Part shown: in pieces, positions 24,501-36,601 of the stretch
Numbering within the stretch: position 1 is the first letter of the stretch
Layout: each line of letters opens with the position of its first letter
DNA from: Macrostomum hystrix
Taxonomy: Eukaryota > Animalia > Platyhelminthes
DNA length: 64,000 bases
Assembly (NCBI GenBank): GCA_950097015.1
Contig: CATNEN010000012.1
Span: 744,001 to 808,000 of the forward strand
Direction: 5' to 3'
Made by a program: the position numbers and the translations under genes
The notes under the pieces: model-generated
Databases searched by the model: none
Seen by the model: only the letters and a program-made list of their open reading frames with translations
Told to the model about the DNA's origin: nothing

Positions 24501-27500
24501 GAAGCCTGGCACCGTAGTGAGATAGGCCGGTAAAAGGGTGCCGGATGCCGGAGTGCCGGAGTGAGGTGGGTGCCGGAGTGAGGTGGGTGCCGGAGTGAGG
24601 TGGGTGCCGGAGTGAGGTGGGTGCCGGAGTGAGGTGGGTGTCGGAGTGAGGTGGGTGCCGGAGTGAGGTGGGTGCCGGAGTGAGGTGGGTGCCGGAGTGA
24701 GGTGGGTGCCGGAGTGAGGTGGGTGCCGGAGTGAGGTGGGTGCCGGAGTGAGGTGGGTGCCGGAGTGAGGTGGGTGCCGGAGTGAGGTGGGTGCCGGAGT
24801 GAGGTGGGTGCCGGAGTGAGGTGGGTGCCGGAGTGAGGTGGGTGCCGGAGTGAGGTGGGTGCCGGAGTGAGGTGGGTGCCGGAGTGAGGTGGGTGCCGGA
24901 GTGTGATGGGTGCAGTCAAAAGTATTATTTTTTCTTGATCACACGGCTTTATCGATCACTGACTCCGCAGAGCGGTACATTTTCGGCTCTGCCCCACTTG
25001 GTGATGGCAATCATCGTTCCGCTGGGTGGACAGTTGGCTGACCGGCTGCGCAAGAAGCTGCTGACCACCACTGTGGTGCGCAAGATTTTTAACTGCGGCG
25101 GTGAGTGCGCAGCATTGCAGCTGTATAAAAGAACTCGTCAACCAACCCAGCCAAGCGTAAATTTGAGAAGAGCGGAAAGGCACCTTCCGAGTTCTTTCAC
25201 CTTTCACTCGAGCTGTTGGCAAGAGAGCCAATATTGAAAGTGGGTAGGGTTGGTGCAGAGCACTGCTCAGTGCCGTGTGATGGACTTCCCTTTCTCAACG
25301 GGGTCGCAGCATGCGCTCTTGTGCTCGGATGAGTGCACAGCAATTCTTCTTCTGCGAAAAGCCTGGTCAAAGCCAATACGCACAGAGAATAATGGCAGGG
25401 GGCAAGCCGCTTATGCCCTCAACCAGCTCAATGTGAAGCAATTTGGGAAATTACATTTTTGCCTAACTCGCTTCTGTAGAGGACTCTCCGGGTTTCTTTT
25501 AAGAAGTGTTTGGCCAATTTCATTGATTGCATGAGCGATAGAAAAAGAAAAGGTACAGTCTAAAATATAACTTCCCTCTTGCGAGTTCCACCAGTGCCAG
25601 GACCAAGCCTCAGTCGAACTTTAAAATATTTCATTAGCTGAAACCCTAAGTCACGTGATTTAGGTGGAGGTTGTTAGAACAGTGGTTTCCCGCAGGACTT
25701 TCTAAAAATAGCATCAAACGGAAAACCCATTTTCGAGGAATTTTATCAACTGAAAACACGATAAACAAGATTTGTTTGGTTGGGACTTGCTAAGGTTAGA
25801 CTCGCTAATTCCTGCCAAAAATCTATGGAAAAATACGAGCTAGTTATGGAAGAAAACAAAGAAAAGTTTGCTTCCATTTCCCCCGTTGTCTGCAGCTTCT
25901 GCTGCTGACTCGACCTGCTTCCTGAAGAGGAAAATACTTTCCTCCTACTAGCCAAAGCATTGCCACATTTGAATACAAGGAGACAATGAGGAAGCCTAGG
26001 AAAGTTACAGATCTACCCTCGCGCAAGCAATGCCCTCACAATACTAAACTGTTTGTGCTACTATCAGGTCAAAAACTTTTTAAAAAAATACTATGCGATG
26101 CCAGTAGTGTGATATTTTAAAATAATTTATTGTCAATTATTAGTACGCTGTAAATTCCTTCTTCTTCGTATTTCGGCTATATTAGCGGAATCGCAGCTAG
26201 AATCGACGTAAGACTATAGCTAGGTCGAAGCGAAACTATAGCTAGAATGGAAGCAAAACTATAGTTAGAATCGAAGCAAAACCATAGTTAGAATCGAAGC
26301 AAAACTATAGCTAGAATCGAAGCAAAGCCTTAGCAAGAATCGAAGCAAAACCATAGTTAGAATCGAAGCAAAACCATAGTTAGAATCGAAGCAAAACCAT
26401 AGTTAGAATCGAAGCAAAACTATAGCTAGAATCGACGCAAAACTATAGCTGGAATCGAAGCAAAACTATAGTTGGAATCGAAGCAAAACTATAGCTGGAA
26501 TGGAAGCAAAACCATAGTTAGAATCGAAGCAAAACCATAGTTAGAATCGAAGCATAACCATAGTTAGAATCGAAGCAAAACTATAGCTAGAATCGACGCA
26601 AAACTATAGCTGGAAACGAAGCAAAGCCTTAGCAAGAATCGAAGCAAAACCATAGTTAGAATCGAAGCAAAACTATAGCTAGAATCGACGCAAAACTATA
26701 GCTGGAATCGAAGCAAAACTATAGCTGGAATCGAAGCAAAACTATAGCTGGAATGGAAGCAAAACTATAGCTAGAATCGACGCAAAACTATAGCTAGAAT
26801 CGAAGCAAAACTATAGCTAGAATCGAAGCAAAACTATAGCTAGAATCGAAGCAAAACTATAGCTAGAATCAAAGCAAAATTATAGCTGGAAACGAAGCAA
26901 AGCCTTAGCAAGAATCGAAGCAAAACCATAGTTAGAATCGAAGCAAAACTATAGCTAGAATCGAAGCAAAACTATAGCTGGAAACGAAGCAAAGCCTTAG
27001 CAAGAATCGAAGCAAAACCATAGTTAGAATCGAAGCAAAACTATAGCTAGAATCGACGCAAAACTATAGCTGGAAACGAAGCAAAGCCTTAGCAAGAATC
27101 GAAGCAAAACCATAGTTAGAATCGAAGCAAAACTATAGCTGGAATCGAAGCAAAGCCTTAGCAAGAATCGAAGCAAAACCATAGTTAGAATCGAAGCAAA
27201 ACCATAGTTAGAATCGAAGCAAAACTATAGCTAGAATCGAAGCAAAGCCTTAGCAAGAATCGAAGCAAAACCATAGTTAGAATCGAAGCAAAACCATAGT
27301 TAGAATCGAAGCAAAACCATAGTTAGAATCGAAGCAAAACTATAGCTAGAATCGACGCAAAACTATAGCTGGAAACGAAGCAAAGCCTTAGCAAGAATCG
27401 AAGCAAAACCATAGTTAGAATCGAAGCAAAACTATAGCTAGAATCGACGCAAAACTATAGCTGGAATCGAAGCAAAACTATAGTTGGAATCGAAGCAAAA

Positions 27501-30213
27501 CTATAGCTGGAATGGAAGCAAAACTATAGCTAGAATCGAAGCAAAACTATAGCTAGAATCGAAGCAAAACTATAGCTAGAATCGAAGCAAAACTATAGCT
27601 AGAATCGAAGCAAAACTATAGCTAGAATCAAAGCAAAATTATAGCTGGAAACGAAGCAAAGCCTTAGCAAGAATCGAAGCAAAACCATAGTTAGAATCGA
27701 AGCAAAACTATAGCTAGAATCGACGCAAAACTATAGCTGGAATCGAAGCAAAACTATAGTTGGAATCGAAGCAAAACTATAGCTGGAATCGAATCAAAAC
27801 TATAGTTGGAATCGAATCAAAACTATAGCTAGAATCGAAGCAAAACTATAGCTAGAATCGAAGCAAAACTATCGCTAGAATCGAAGCAAAACTATAGCTA
27901 GAATGGAAGCAAAACTATAGCTAGAATCGAAGCAAAACTATAGCTAGAATCGAAGCAAAACTATAGGTGGAATCGAAGCAAAGCCTTAGCAAGAATCGAA
28001 GCAAAACCATAATTAGAATCGAAGCAAAGCTATAGCTAGAATCAAAGCAAAACTATAGCTGGAATCGAATCAAAACTATAGTTGGAATCGAAGCAAAACT
28101 ATAGCTGGAATGGAAGCAAAACTATAGCTAGAATCGAAGCAAAACTATAGCTAGAATCGAATCAAAACTATAGCTGGAATCGAAGCAAAACTATAGCTAG
28201 AATCGAAGCAAAACTATAGCTGTAATCGAAGCAAAACTATAGCTAGAATCGAAGCATAACTATAGCTGGAATCGAAGCTTAACTATAGCTGGAATCGAAA
28301 CAAAACTATAGCTAGAATCGAAGCAAAACTATAGCTGTAATCGAAGCATAACTATAGCTAGAATCGAAGCATAACTATAGCTGGAATCGAAGCATAACTA
28401 TAGCTAGAATCGAAGCATAACTATAGCTGGAATCGAAGCATAACTATAGCTAGAATCGAAGTATAACTATAGCTGGAATCGAAACAAAACATTAGCTCGG
28501 AGCAACAAAGATCTTGCGTTTTTCTAACCGCATATTTTGACCGATGACTGCAGCCAAAAATGTTTCAATTGAAAAGTAATTTACTAATATATAAAAGAAT
28601 AAGATTTTTGGCGTCGTTTGAAAAGCCACTTTAAGTAGTGGCACTGCAAAGTTATAAAGCTATTAATAAGTAAGCTCTACACATATATCTAAGCAGCAGC
28701 ATCAGCAGCAGCAGCAGTGACTGGCCAAGTGCTTCGCCAGAAACTTCAGTTGGAATGCAGTCCTGACCAAGCAGAATTTGGCGCCAAAAATGGCATTGTG
28801 CCGCAGCTTCCTGACAGGAAATAGAGGAAATTTCTGAGTCTCCCACTAAGCATTGCACAAAACGCTTAGAGTTAGGCCTAACCCAGATGAGACGGAGAGA
28901 GTTGAGCGAGGCGCACGGAATTTTGGGATCAATGGGGCGTGGGGTAGGGATTACAGATGAGTGCTGACTCCTTCCACAGGATCGCTTCCTGATCGGTGGG
29001 GTGGGGGGGTAGCGGAGTCTCGTGGGTGGCACCGGACGTGTCCATTAAACTGGCGAGTCGACCCTGCAATGTCTAAAAACCACTGGCTTGCTGGCTGGGA
29101 TTTTAAAGTCTACAAAAAATGTTAGCATTTAAGGAGGAACAAGTCAGGATTGAGTTGGCCCTATAAGGGGCTACGCAGTGACATGTGAGCATCTGCTCAT
29201 TCATTATTAATGCCCGCTTGGCCTCAGGCACAACTTGGTGGTGGATGGGGGCGCCTCAGTCGCCTCGAAATGCGGTCACCTTCAGTTTTTTAGGCTTTAT
29301 TGAGTGCAGTTCTAAAATCACTTTGTCAGTTTTATTTCGCTCCTTCCATACTAAATGTGCTTCTCTATTTACTTTCAGACATTTTTTGGGCCGTATGAAC
29401 AAAAATCTTGGGCCACTCTCTTAGAAATGCGTCTTCCGCCCACGAAACCCAGAGGTTCGGCCATAGACACTTCTGCTGCTTAACAGAAGCAGAGAGAGCA
29501 AACATTTCATTCGGACAGTGGCAAGGAAAAATTTGTTAATGAGAATTCGAAGGATGTGCTCGCCAGAAACTTAAGTTTTTCGATGGATGGAACTCGATTT
29601 TTATTCATACGAGACAAAGATAATCATCATCTTTGTCTGTCCTCCTCTTTTAGTTTGTTGTTAGGTGTATCAGTTTTCAATTTCGTTCAGTTGCACAGTG
29701 CAGCTGGTCAGTGGACACATAATGCCCACTTATTCTAGGAAAGTGTATCGTTTAGTCTCGCTATTATCAGGCTATTATCATCCCACTCCATTAGAGATCC
29801 ATTTTCAGTAGAAATTCTAAAATAGGGAACATTGTGAGCTTGATAAAAATTTTAAGTTCAATATTCCATTTTTATTTTTGTCTGCTTAGACATCATAATC
29901 CTAAAATGGACAGTTCTGCTGTTAGTAGTGCAGTTAGTTTATTGACATTCGAAAAATTACAGGTTTCGGAATGGAGGCTTTGTTCCTGCTCGGTGTTGGT
30001 TATACAGACCAATCGTCAGTTGCCATCGCCTGCCTCACCATTGCTGTGGGATTTAGCGGCTTTGCCATTTCCGGTGAGTCAAGAAGTAGCAGTAGCAGTA
30101 GTAGTAGTAGTAGTAACAGTAGCAGTAGTAGTAGTAGTAGTAGTAGTAACAGTAGCAGCAGTAGTAGCAGTAGTAGTTGCAGTAGTAGTAGTAGTAGCAG
30201 CAGCAGTAGTAGC

Positions 30214-30271
<58 letters not shown>

Positions 30272-30408
30272 ACAGTAGCAGTAGTAGTAGTAGTAGTAGT
30301 AGTAACAGTAGCAGCAGTAGTAGCAGTAGTAGTTGCAGTAGTAGTAGTAGTAGCAGCAGCAGTAGTAGCAGTAGTAGTAGTAGTAGTAGTAGTAGCAGCA
30401 GTAGTAGC

Positions 30409-30440
<32 letters not shown>

Positions 30441-31400
30441 CAGTAGTAGCAGTAGTAGTAGTAGTAGTAGTAGTAGTAGTTATTGCATTAACCAACTGCC
30501 GCCATCACGGTTTCAAAAGGTTACAACGTAAACCATCTGGACATTGCGCCACGATTTGCCAGCATCCTCATGGGTTTGTCCAACGGAATCGGCACCTTCT
30601 CCGGCATGCTGGTGCCAGTGGTCACCGTCAATCTGGTCCGAGACCACGTGAGTACTGCTTTTCCGATAAGACCTGCTTTGATCTGCTTTTTGACATGCAC
30701 ATATTCCTTTCAGTGCATTCGTTTTCTAAGGGCAACAATTCCGGAAAATCTTAAAAACAAGTCGTTTTCTTGAAAGAGATTAAATAAGATTTCGGAGAGT
30801 CTTAGATTACCTGGAGTGTAAAGAAATGTAAAATATCTGGAAAAATTAATACAAAAACCCGGAAAAATAATACGAAAACCAGGAAAAATTAATACAAAAA
30901 ATTCAGAAAACATTTTATGTCCGAAAATCGGAATGTTTTATAATAACTCTTGAATAAGATAGGCCTTAGAAATTCAGCAACCTGTGACATCTTGATCTCG
31001 AATTACACCGCAGCGCCGGGAGTCGTGGTCGAAGGTCTTCCTCATCGCCTCGCTGATCCACTTCGCCGGAGTGATTTTCTACGCCGTGTTCGCGTCGGGC
31101 GAGAAGCAGGCCTGGGCGGAGACTCCCGAAGAGGCCGAAGACAACAACTGGAAGCCGCCGCCACCTCCAGTGCCGCCGCCGCCCCAGTGGCAGCAGCCCG
31201 GCGACTCCGGCAAGCCACCGGCCGCTGGCAACGGCTTTGGCGCTGAGAAGGCCTTCAACGATAGCGAAGAATTTTTTACTCAGAATTATCAACCGGCTCA
31301 GCAGCAGCCTCCTCCGCCGCCTCCACCCAGTTACAGCACAGCCGCTAGCTATGTTCAGCAGCAGCAGCAGCAGCAGCCTGGTCAGCACTATGCATATTGA
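12548..31400 (+). CDS. VGLUT: Vesicular glutamate transporter (SLC17A6/7/8, EAT-4 family, MFS), ~626 aa
   Basis: Phase-consistent exons: 12548-12624, 21740-21955, 22033-22168, 22796-23029, 23468-23642, 23730-23866, 24281-24430, 24971-25100, 29963-30073, 30520-30647, 31014-31400, totalling 1881 nt. Motifs [127 protein letters not shown]. The first exon is inferred from phase match and a strong donor. Confidence 0.93.
14675..15925. repeat. 14-bp G-rich minisatellite (GAGTGGGATTGGGA / GAGCAGGATTGGGA)n in VGLUT intron 1
   Basis: About 85 copies. It gives the 14-aa periodic spurious ORFs. Confidence 0.92.
16085..16177. repeat. 11-bp repeat (GCTGTTTCTGA)n
   Basis: About 8 perfect copies. Confidence 0.9.
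16485..16890. repeat. ~21-bp C-rich minisatellite (CCCTACACCCTGCATCCCT[G/A]A)n, with some CCCTAA
   Basis: About 19 imperfect copies. Confidence 0.85.
17770..20610. repeat. 22-bp array (GGTGGAGTGACATTCTGATTTG) grading into an 18-bp array (GAGGAGTGAAATGCTGAT)n with an 800-bp higher-order period
   Basis: About 6 x 22-bp units at 17770-17905, then ~150 x 18-bp units. The marker variant GATGGAGTGAAATGCTTCGG recurs at spacings of 472, 328, 472, 328 and 454 bp. Confidence 0.93.
21470..21715. repeat. 54-bp tandem repeat ending just before VGLUT exon 2
   Basis: (GATGCGGCCGCTGCGTCAACTGGGATACTCTGGTTGCTATGCGGATGTAGCTTT) x4 plus a partial copy. Confidence 0.9.
23870..24150. repeat. 28-bp G-rich repeat (GGATTAGGGTGCGGGGTGGGTGCTGATA)n in VGLUT intron 6
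   Basis: About 8 imperfect copies containing TTAGGG. Confidence 0.8.
24545..24915. repeat. 17-bp minisatellite (GTGGGTGCCGGAGTGAG)n in VGLUT intron 7
   Basis: About 21 near-perfect copies. Confidence 0.92.
26200..28490. repeat. 23-bp minisatellite (AGCTAGAATCGAAGCAAAACTAT)n in VGLUT intron 8
   Basis: About 100 copies. Variant markers recur 759 bp apart (26621/27380 and 26897/27656). Confidence 0.93.
30083..30481. repeat. (AGT)n/(AGC) microsatellite filling VGLUT intron 9
   Basis: About 400 bp of trinucleotide repeat within a 446-nt intron (30074-30519). Confidence 0.95.
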
Positions 31401-31724
31401 ACATTCAGTCGAGCAGTGGAGCAGAATCTGTTATGGTAACAGTCTATCTGTTATACAGGCCGACTGTTTCACCTTCGCAGTAAATTAAGTGTCGCTTTTT
31501 ATTCGACGTCCGTTGCATAATATGTGTAAAGACAGGTTGTTAATTTTAGACTGTGTCGGGCGTTGTTCAGACAAGGTGTTCTCTAATATGACAGTCTCTT
31601 TACCAAGTTAACTATACAGCTACCTGTTTCACAGGTATTTCACCAGTTTGACAGGTTGCTAATCTGGCTAACATTGTTGTCGACCTGGTTGAAATTGAAT
31701 TCCCTGTTTGACAGAGTATTTACC

Positions 31725-32070
31725 TGTTAATTTACCTGCTAGACAGAGTATTTACCTGTTAGACAGAGTATTTACCTGTTAGACAGAGTATTTACCTGTT
31801 AGACAGAGTATTTACCCGTTAGACAGAGTATTTACCTGTTAGACAGAGTATTTACCTGTTAGACAGAGTATTTACCTGCTAGACAGAGTATTTACCCGTT
31901 AGACAGAGTATTTACCTTTTAGGCAGAGTATTTACCTGTTAGACAGAGTATTTACCTGTTAGACAGAGTATTTACCTGTTAGACAGAGTATTTACCTGTT
32001 AGACAGAGTATTTACCTGTTAGACAGAGTATTTACCTGTTAGACAGAGTATTTACCTGTTAGACAGGGTG
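31725..32070. repeat. 20-bp minisatellite (TTTACCTGTTAGACAGAGTA)n downstream of the VGLUT stop codon
   Basis: About 17 copies, probably in or near the 3' UTR. Confidence 0.9.
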
Positions 32071-35000
32071 TTTTCTGTGGTTAGTTCAGTGAATGGATGA
32101 CAGAATAAGTCAAAGCAAGTGTTAACGGCTATTACTCACCAGATGTGTCAGCTAACACTGCACCTACATTTTACACTAATCATTGCAGAGCCGCTTTGTT
32201 AACGATTGTTAATCAATTGTAGCTAGATTTAGCGAAATATTACTTCTTTTTCAGGTGTACTAAGCGATGCAAGTATGACATTTTGTCTATTGAGTTAATA
32301 TATATTTATTCGAGTTGTGAAGGATTATGAATCACTTCTAGCTAATATCTCTAAATCTGAATTTTCGTTGTGCAATTTTTATTTTTTTCTGCCTAGCGGT
32401 AATTTATTTATTTAAATTATTAGTAGCTTCCTACTGTCAGTGTTTTTTGTCTTGCTTATCTCTGAAATATTAAATTCATAAAATATAGATTCGTGTATTT
32501 TGATTGGATACAATTGACGCATTATATATGTGATAATATATGCTACTCAATATTTCTACCACAGACCTTTCTGTGTCAGTCCAATTTACCTCCATCTGAA
32601 CTAAAAGCAGTTTGGTAATTTTTATTCAGCTTGCTTTCCGTTTGCAAAGCATGGACACAAAACGCTCCACACACTACTTACTTATCTTTTTCTCGATTGC
32701 ATGCCGTACACGGCATCTTTCGTGATCTGCAGCCCTTTCTATCGACTGCTTGCTAAGCAATGTTTCCGAAACAATTAGCTTTCTTCTTTTTAACCTGGGG
32801 TTCAGTCAGACTTTATAAATAGTTGGGATTAGTAATAGTGTGTTCGTGATTCACTATTATGATCAACTCTAGCTTCGATTTAAATTTCCTTCGATCGTGT
32901 TCTGAAAGACATGGCCGAACTACAAATGATTTCGTTTAAAAATGCTATATCTACATGTCTGTTATTAAACTTGCTCGTGTTTCTTTGTTTCTGCTCTCTT
33001 ATGTAGTACTCACATTAACCGTACATCTGAGTCTTAACTTACTTTTCTGCTCGCACTTAGAGACTAGAACTCTGTATTTATCTATGTTGTAACAGTTGAT
33101 TATTCGAGTGACTATTGAGAATTTTAAATATGCACTTTTATTATCGATTGCAGCTCTTAATTGCAACTCTTATTTTATCTTCTGCACATATATATATCGT
33201 AATTGTTGTGTTAGTTCTAAATGTAGGCCATGTCAATATGACAAATACCACAAATAAATTATATATGACAAAAAAATATTTTTTTTGTCGGCATTCCTAA
33301 GCGTCCCGGACTTTTTGTGATCTTGTTTGCTTAGAATTTCATTTCGTTTCGAGTAGTTCGAGACCTTCGCTACCAGGAGACCGAGAAAGTGATAGCGTAT
33401 TTATAGTAGAGCCCTTGGAACATTGCACGAATTGCTCACAATGCAGACAAGAGAATATCACAGAAACATCAGTTCCACTCAGCTGGCTAGAGGAAAGGAC
33501 GACAAAAGTGACGTATACAAGACGCAACACTCGTGCTTATTGAAAAAGCAAGCCGGTAATTGTACAGGGAGTATCGAGGTATCGAGAGGAATCGGTGTCT
33601 TGATTCGGGTTATATAACGCCGAGACCTGGACTCGTTTAAACAGCAAGTCAAAGACCTGGACCCGACATGGCAGCGCGTCGCTTTGAAGCTCAGCGACGA
33701 GTGGTTCACACTAAGGTGCCTTTTAATCGGCCATGCTATATACTCGTATTATCAATAGAATCCTACTAGGCCCCGCGGTGAGGGAAGGAAATAGAAAGGA
33801 CAGGCGGCGCCATTTCCTCCCCTTTCCGCTGCATCTTCAATCGCCCTAGACAGACATGCACCATCCCCGCAATTATCCACATTTCTCATAATTTCCTACT
33901 GTAGGGCAACTCTTTTTGCAGTGTACTGCAGCACACATCCAAAAGCGCGAGGAGACAATCTGCCCGTTCCGCTGACCCCTGACTGCACAGCGCGCGAACA
34001 CGAGCATGGCCGGTTCGTACACAAGGTACACAGACAAGGTACACTCTAATTTCATCGTCAGGCAGTTCAATTGTATCCAATCACTGCTGCCTAGTGTGTT
34101 GCCTCATGGACGCAAGTGCCCTAAAGACATTCGCTACCTCTCTGCCACTTACCCAACTTTGCCAACGATAAAAAAGCTCATTTTTTATAACTGGCAAGTG
34201 AAAACTGCATGCTTCTGATCTATAAATGTTTATCCGACCTATAAAACAGCTTCATGTCTAAGTATTATAACTAGGCCTACTGTTAATTGATCCTCGTTAT
34301 AATTCAAGTGTTTGGTCTATTCTTAACTTGGTATTTCGGATTTGGATTGGAAAGTTGGATTGCCGAAACATCGTTATTTGTTCGTATTTTCTCGAATCTA
34401 ATTTTCAAATAAAGTTGTTGTTACAGCACGTGCTATCAGCGAATATTAAACTTGTAAAACTTTAGTACAAAAACCAACCATTTCATTTTTAGTAAAGTGG
34501 ATGGCACTAGCGACCTAGAGGGTAAATAAATAGATTTACATTAAAATATATTTTAATGAACTTGTGAAATAAGACAAGGCAAACAAGAACTTGTGAAATA
34601 TTCTGTTGACACAGTTCTGACTGGGCCTATAAATTACTATAATAGTGCTGTTGATTACTTTTTGACTTTTTAATAATTATTTTTCTTCTGTTTTCTTGCC
34701 TTAGATAGTAAAACTTAGTTCATTAGCTGATTATATATAATATATATTAAATACTAAATTTTTATTATTATCACACTTGTCCTTTATTTAATAAAACTAG
34801 GGCCTAGTTTAATTGAAGCGCAAAGACAAACACAAAATATTTTTAAAGAAAATAAATATTTGTTTTTTTAAACAATGCATGATAGCCTTTGAAATACAAA
34901 ACAACATGCTACAAAAAATCAAGCTCTTAAAAAAAATTAGCTAGGCCCTACTGGTAGGTAGAATCACTAAATAGGACAGGACTTATTTTAGCATTTATAC

Positions 35001-35919
35001 AAAGGCTTAGGTCTAAAAAACTAGACAGAACCTATTGATCAGACAAATACTTATTTACAAGGCCTAATTAAATGTAGCTAATTGTTATTAGCTAAATATT
35101 GTTATTAATAATAGCTGAATTACCAGGTCTGTTTACAAGACTAGCTAGGCCTATTTATTGCTTATGTAGCTAATGTGTATAATTAACAGCAAAAAACTTG
35201 TGGAGCTGTAGGCTGAGTGATAGCAATTAGGTCACTTCAATTTAAACAGTTAGTTAGCTATTTAGAATCAAGAAAATAATTGGATTAATAAGAAATCTTA
35301 TTGGCCTAATAAATAGCATGAATTTCATACTCTAATTTTAGTCATGTACCAAACCTGGCAAAGGCATGCTGAGAGTAAGATGGTCTAGTTGCTATTATGG
35401 TCTAGTTCACTATGATTTCCTTGTTAGCTAGGCCTAACATCCTCCAGCTGGTTCTATAAGTATGAACAATTCTTGTTGTTGAAACCTAATTAGGTTTTAG
35501 GTTGTGCCAAATATCTTGGCCCATTTGCATAGCTCATATCTCAAGTCATTCATACTTCATAGCATCTTCCTAGTTGCTGGTCACCTAGCCTCAGTGTGTC
35601 AAGACATTGTTTGGCTATTAAATAGTGCTAACAGACTGATTTTTCAGTTGCTGCAAAATGCTGCTATAGCAAGCCAGTTAAAGTCACCATGCTTATCATG
35701 TTTATAGTGTATTCTAGCAGCAACAGCTTACTCCAATCCCCCAGTGCAAATGGTTCCAACATAACTTAAGTTGTAGCCTTCATGGTTAGACTTCATTTGA
35801 AAGTGTTTACCAATTGCTTGACCAGCTCTTCAATGTTGATCAAAGTCAAGAAGGTTGAGCAAGGTTGAGCACAAAATTGTTGGACCATATTTTGGGGTGT
35901 TAATAGCTGTATGTGATTT

Positions 35920-36355
35920 CAGTGGCGCAACCAGGTTTTGCCTTAGGGGGGCGGTCTTTGCGTACATTGCCCTTTGTGTACATTGCCCTTTGCGTACATT
36001 GCCCCGCGGGTCGAAGGGGGGCGGCCGCCAGGTGGAACTCGCTCTGTTTCGCGGTTTTCGCCCATCATTCCTGGGCCAATTTCAAGGGCCGGTAGGGTAG
36101 GGCCCAGACGATTTAAAAGGTTTAAAAAATCAGAACGCACGCACGATTATAATGAAAGCTTGAAAATTAATATATGACCAATGGTCTTGGACTTGGTCTT
36201 TGGTCTATGTACGTTGGACTTGGGGGACAGGGAATGAGATAAGGTAATAATTATTAAGAAGCGTCTTGGCTTGCCCTTTGTGTACGAGTACATTGCCCCC
36301 GCGGGCCGAAGGGGTGGGGGCGGCCGCCACCCCCACCCCCCTGGTTGCGCCACTG
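35920..36355. mobile_element. Non-autonomous TIR element with an 8-bp TSD (hAT-type) just upstream of MRE11
   Basis: 16-bp TIRs CAGTGGCGCAACCAGG (35920) and CCTGGTTGCGCCACTG (ends 36355). Perfect TSD TGTGATTT at 35912-35919 and 36356-36363. Subterminal TACATTGCCC repeats. Confidence 0.88.
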
Positions 36356-36601
36356 TGTGATTTACCCAACCACTCAGTAGTGAACCTTCTGAGACTTCTC
36401 AGCAGTCTTTCAATGAAATCGACCAGGAGAAAGAGGCGAAGTTAAGTTATCAATGCATAGAACTATCAGAAAATAGGAGAAATATTAAAAATGTGTTTTC
36501 TGAGTCCTATTATGCCCATAGTGCTAAAATTACTCTAAAATCAAGTTTTCTAAGGTAAATTTTCGATTGTATTTTTGTTTGATTTCAGAGAAGCGATTAA
36601 C

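Noticed and set aside
26200-28490. Regular 23-47-bp arrays considered as CRISPR arrays
   Set aside because: Units are head-to-tail with no unique spacers, there are no cas genes, and the context is eukaryotic.
29430-29470. CCCAGAGGTTCG resembling part of tRNA-iMet
   Set aside because: No cloverleaf, acceptor stem or A/B boxes around it.
29834-30754. Poly-Val, poly-Thr and poly-Ser ORFs
   Set aside because: Three frames of an intronic (AGT)n microsatellite. Only the flanks of the poly-Ser frame correspond to a real VGLUT exon.
33300-34220. GC-balanced block possibly from a LINE 3' end (DLDSFKQQV) or another element
   Set aside because: Only a few residues resemble an RT tail, with multiple stops and no termini. 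It cannot be supported without a database search.
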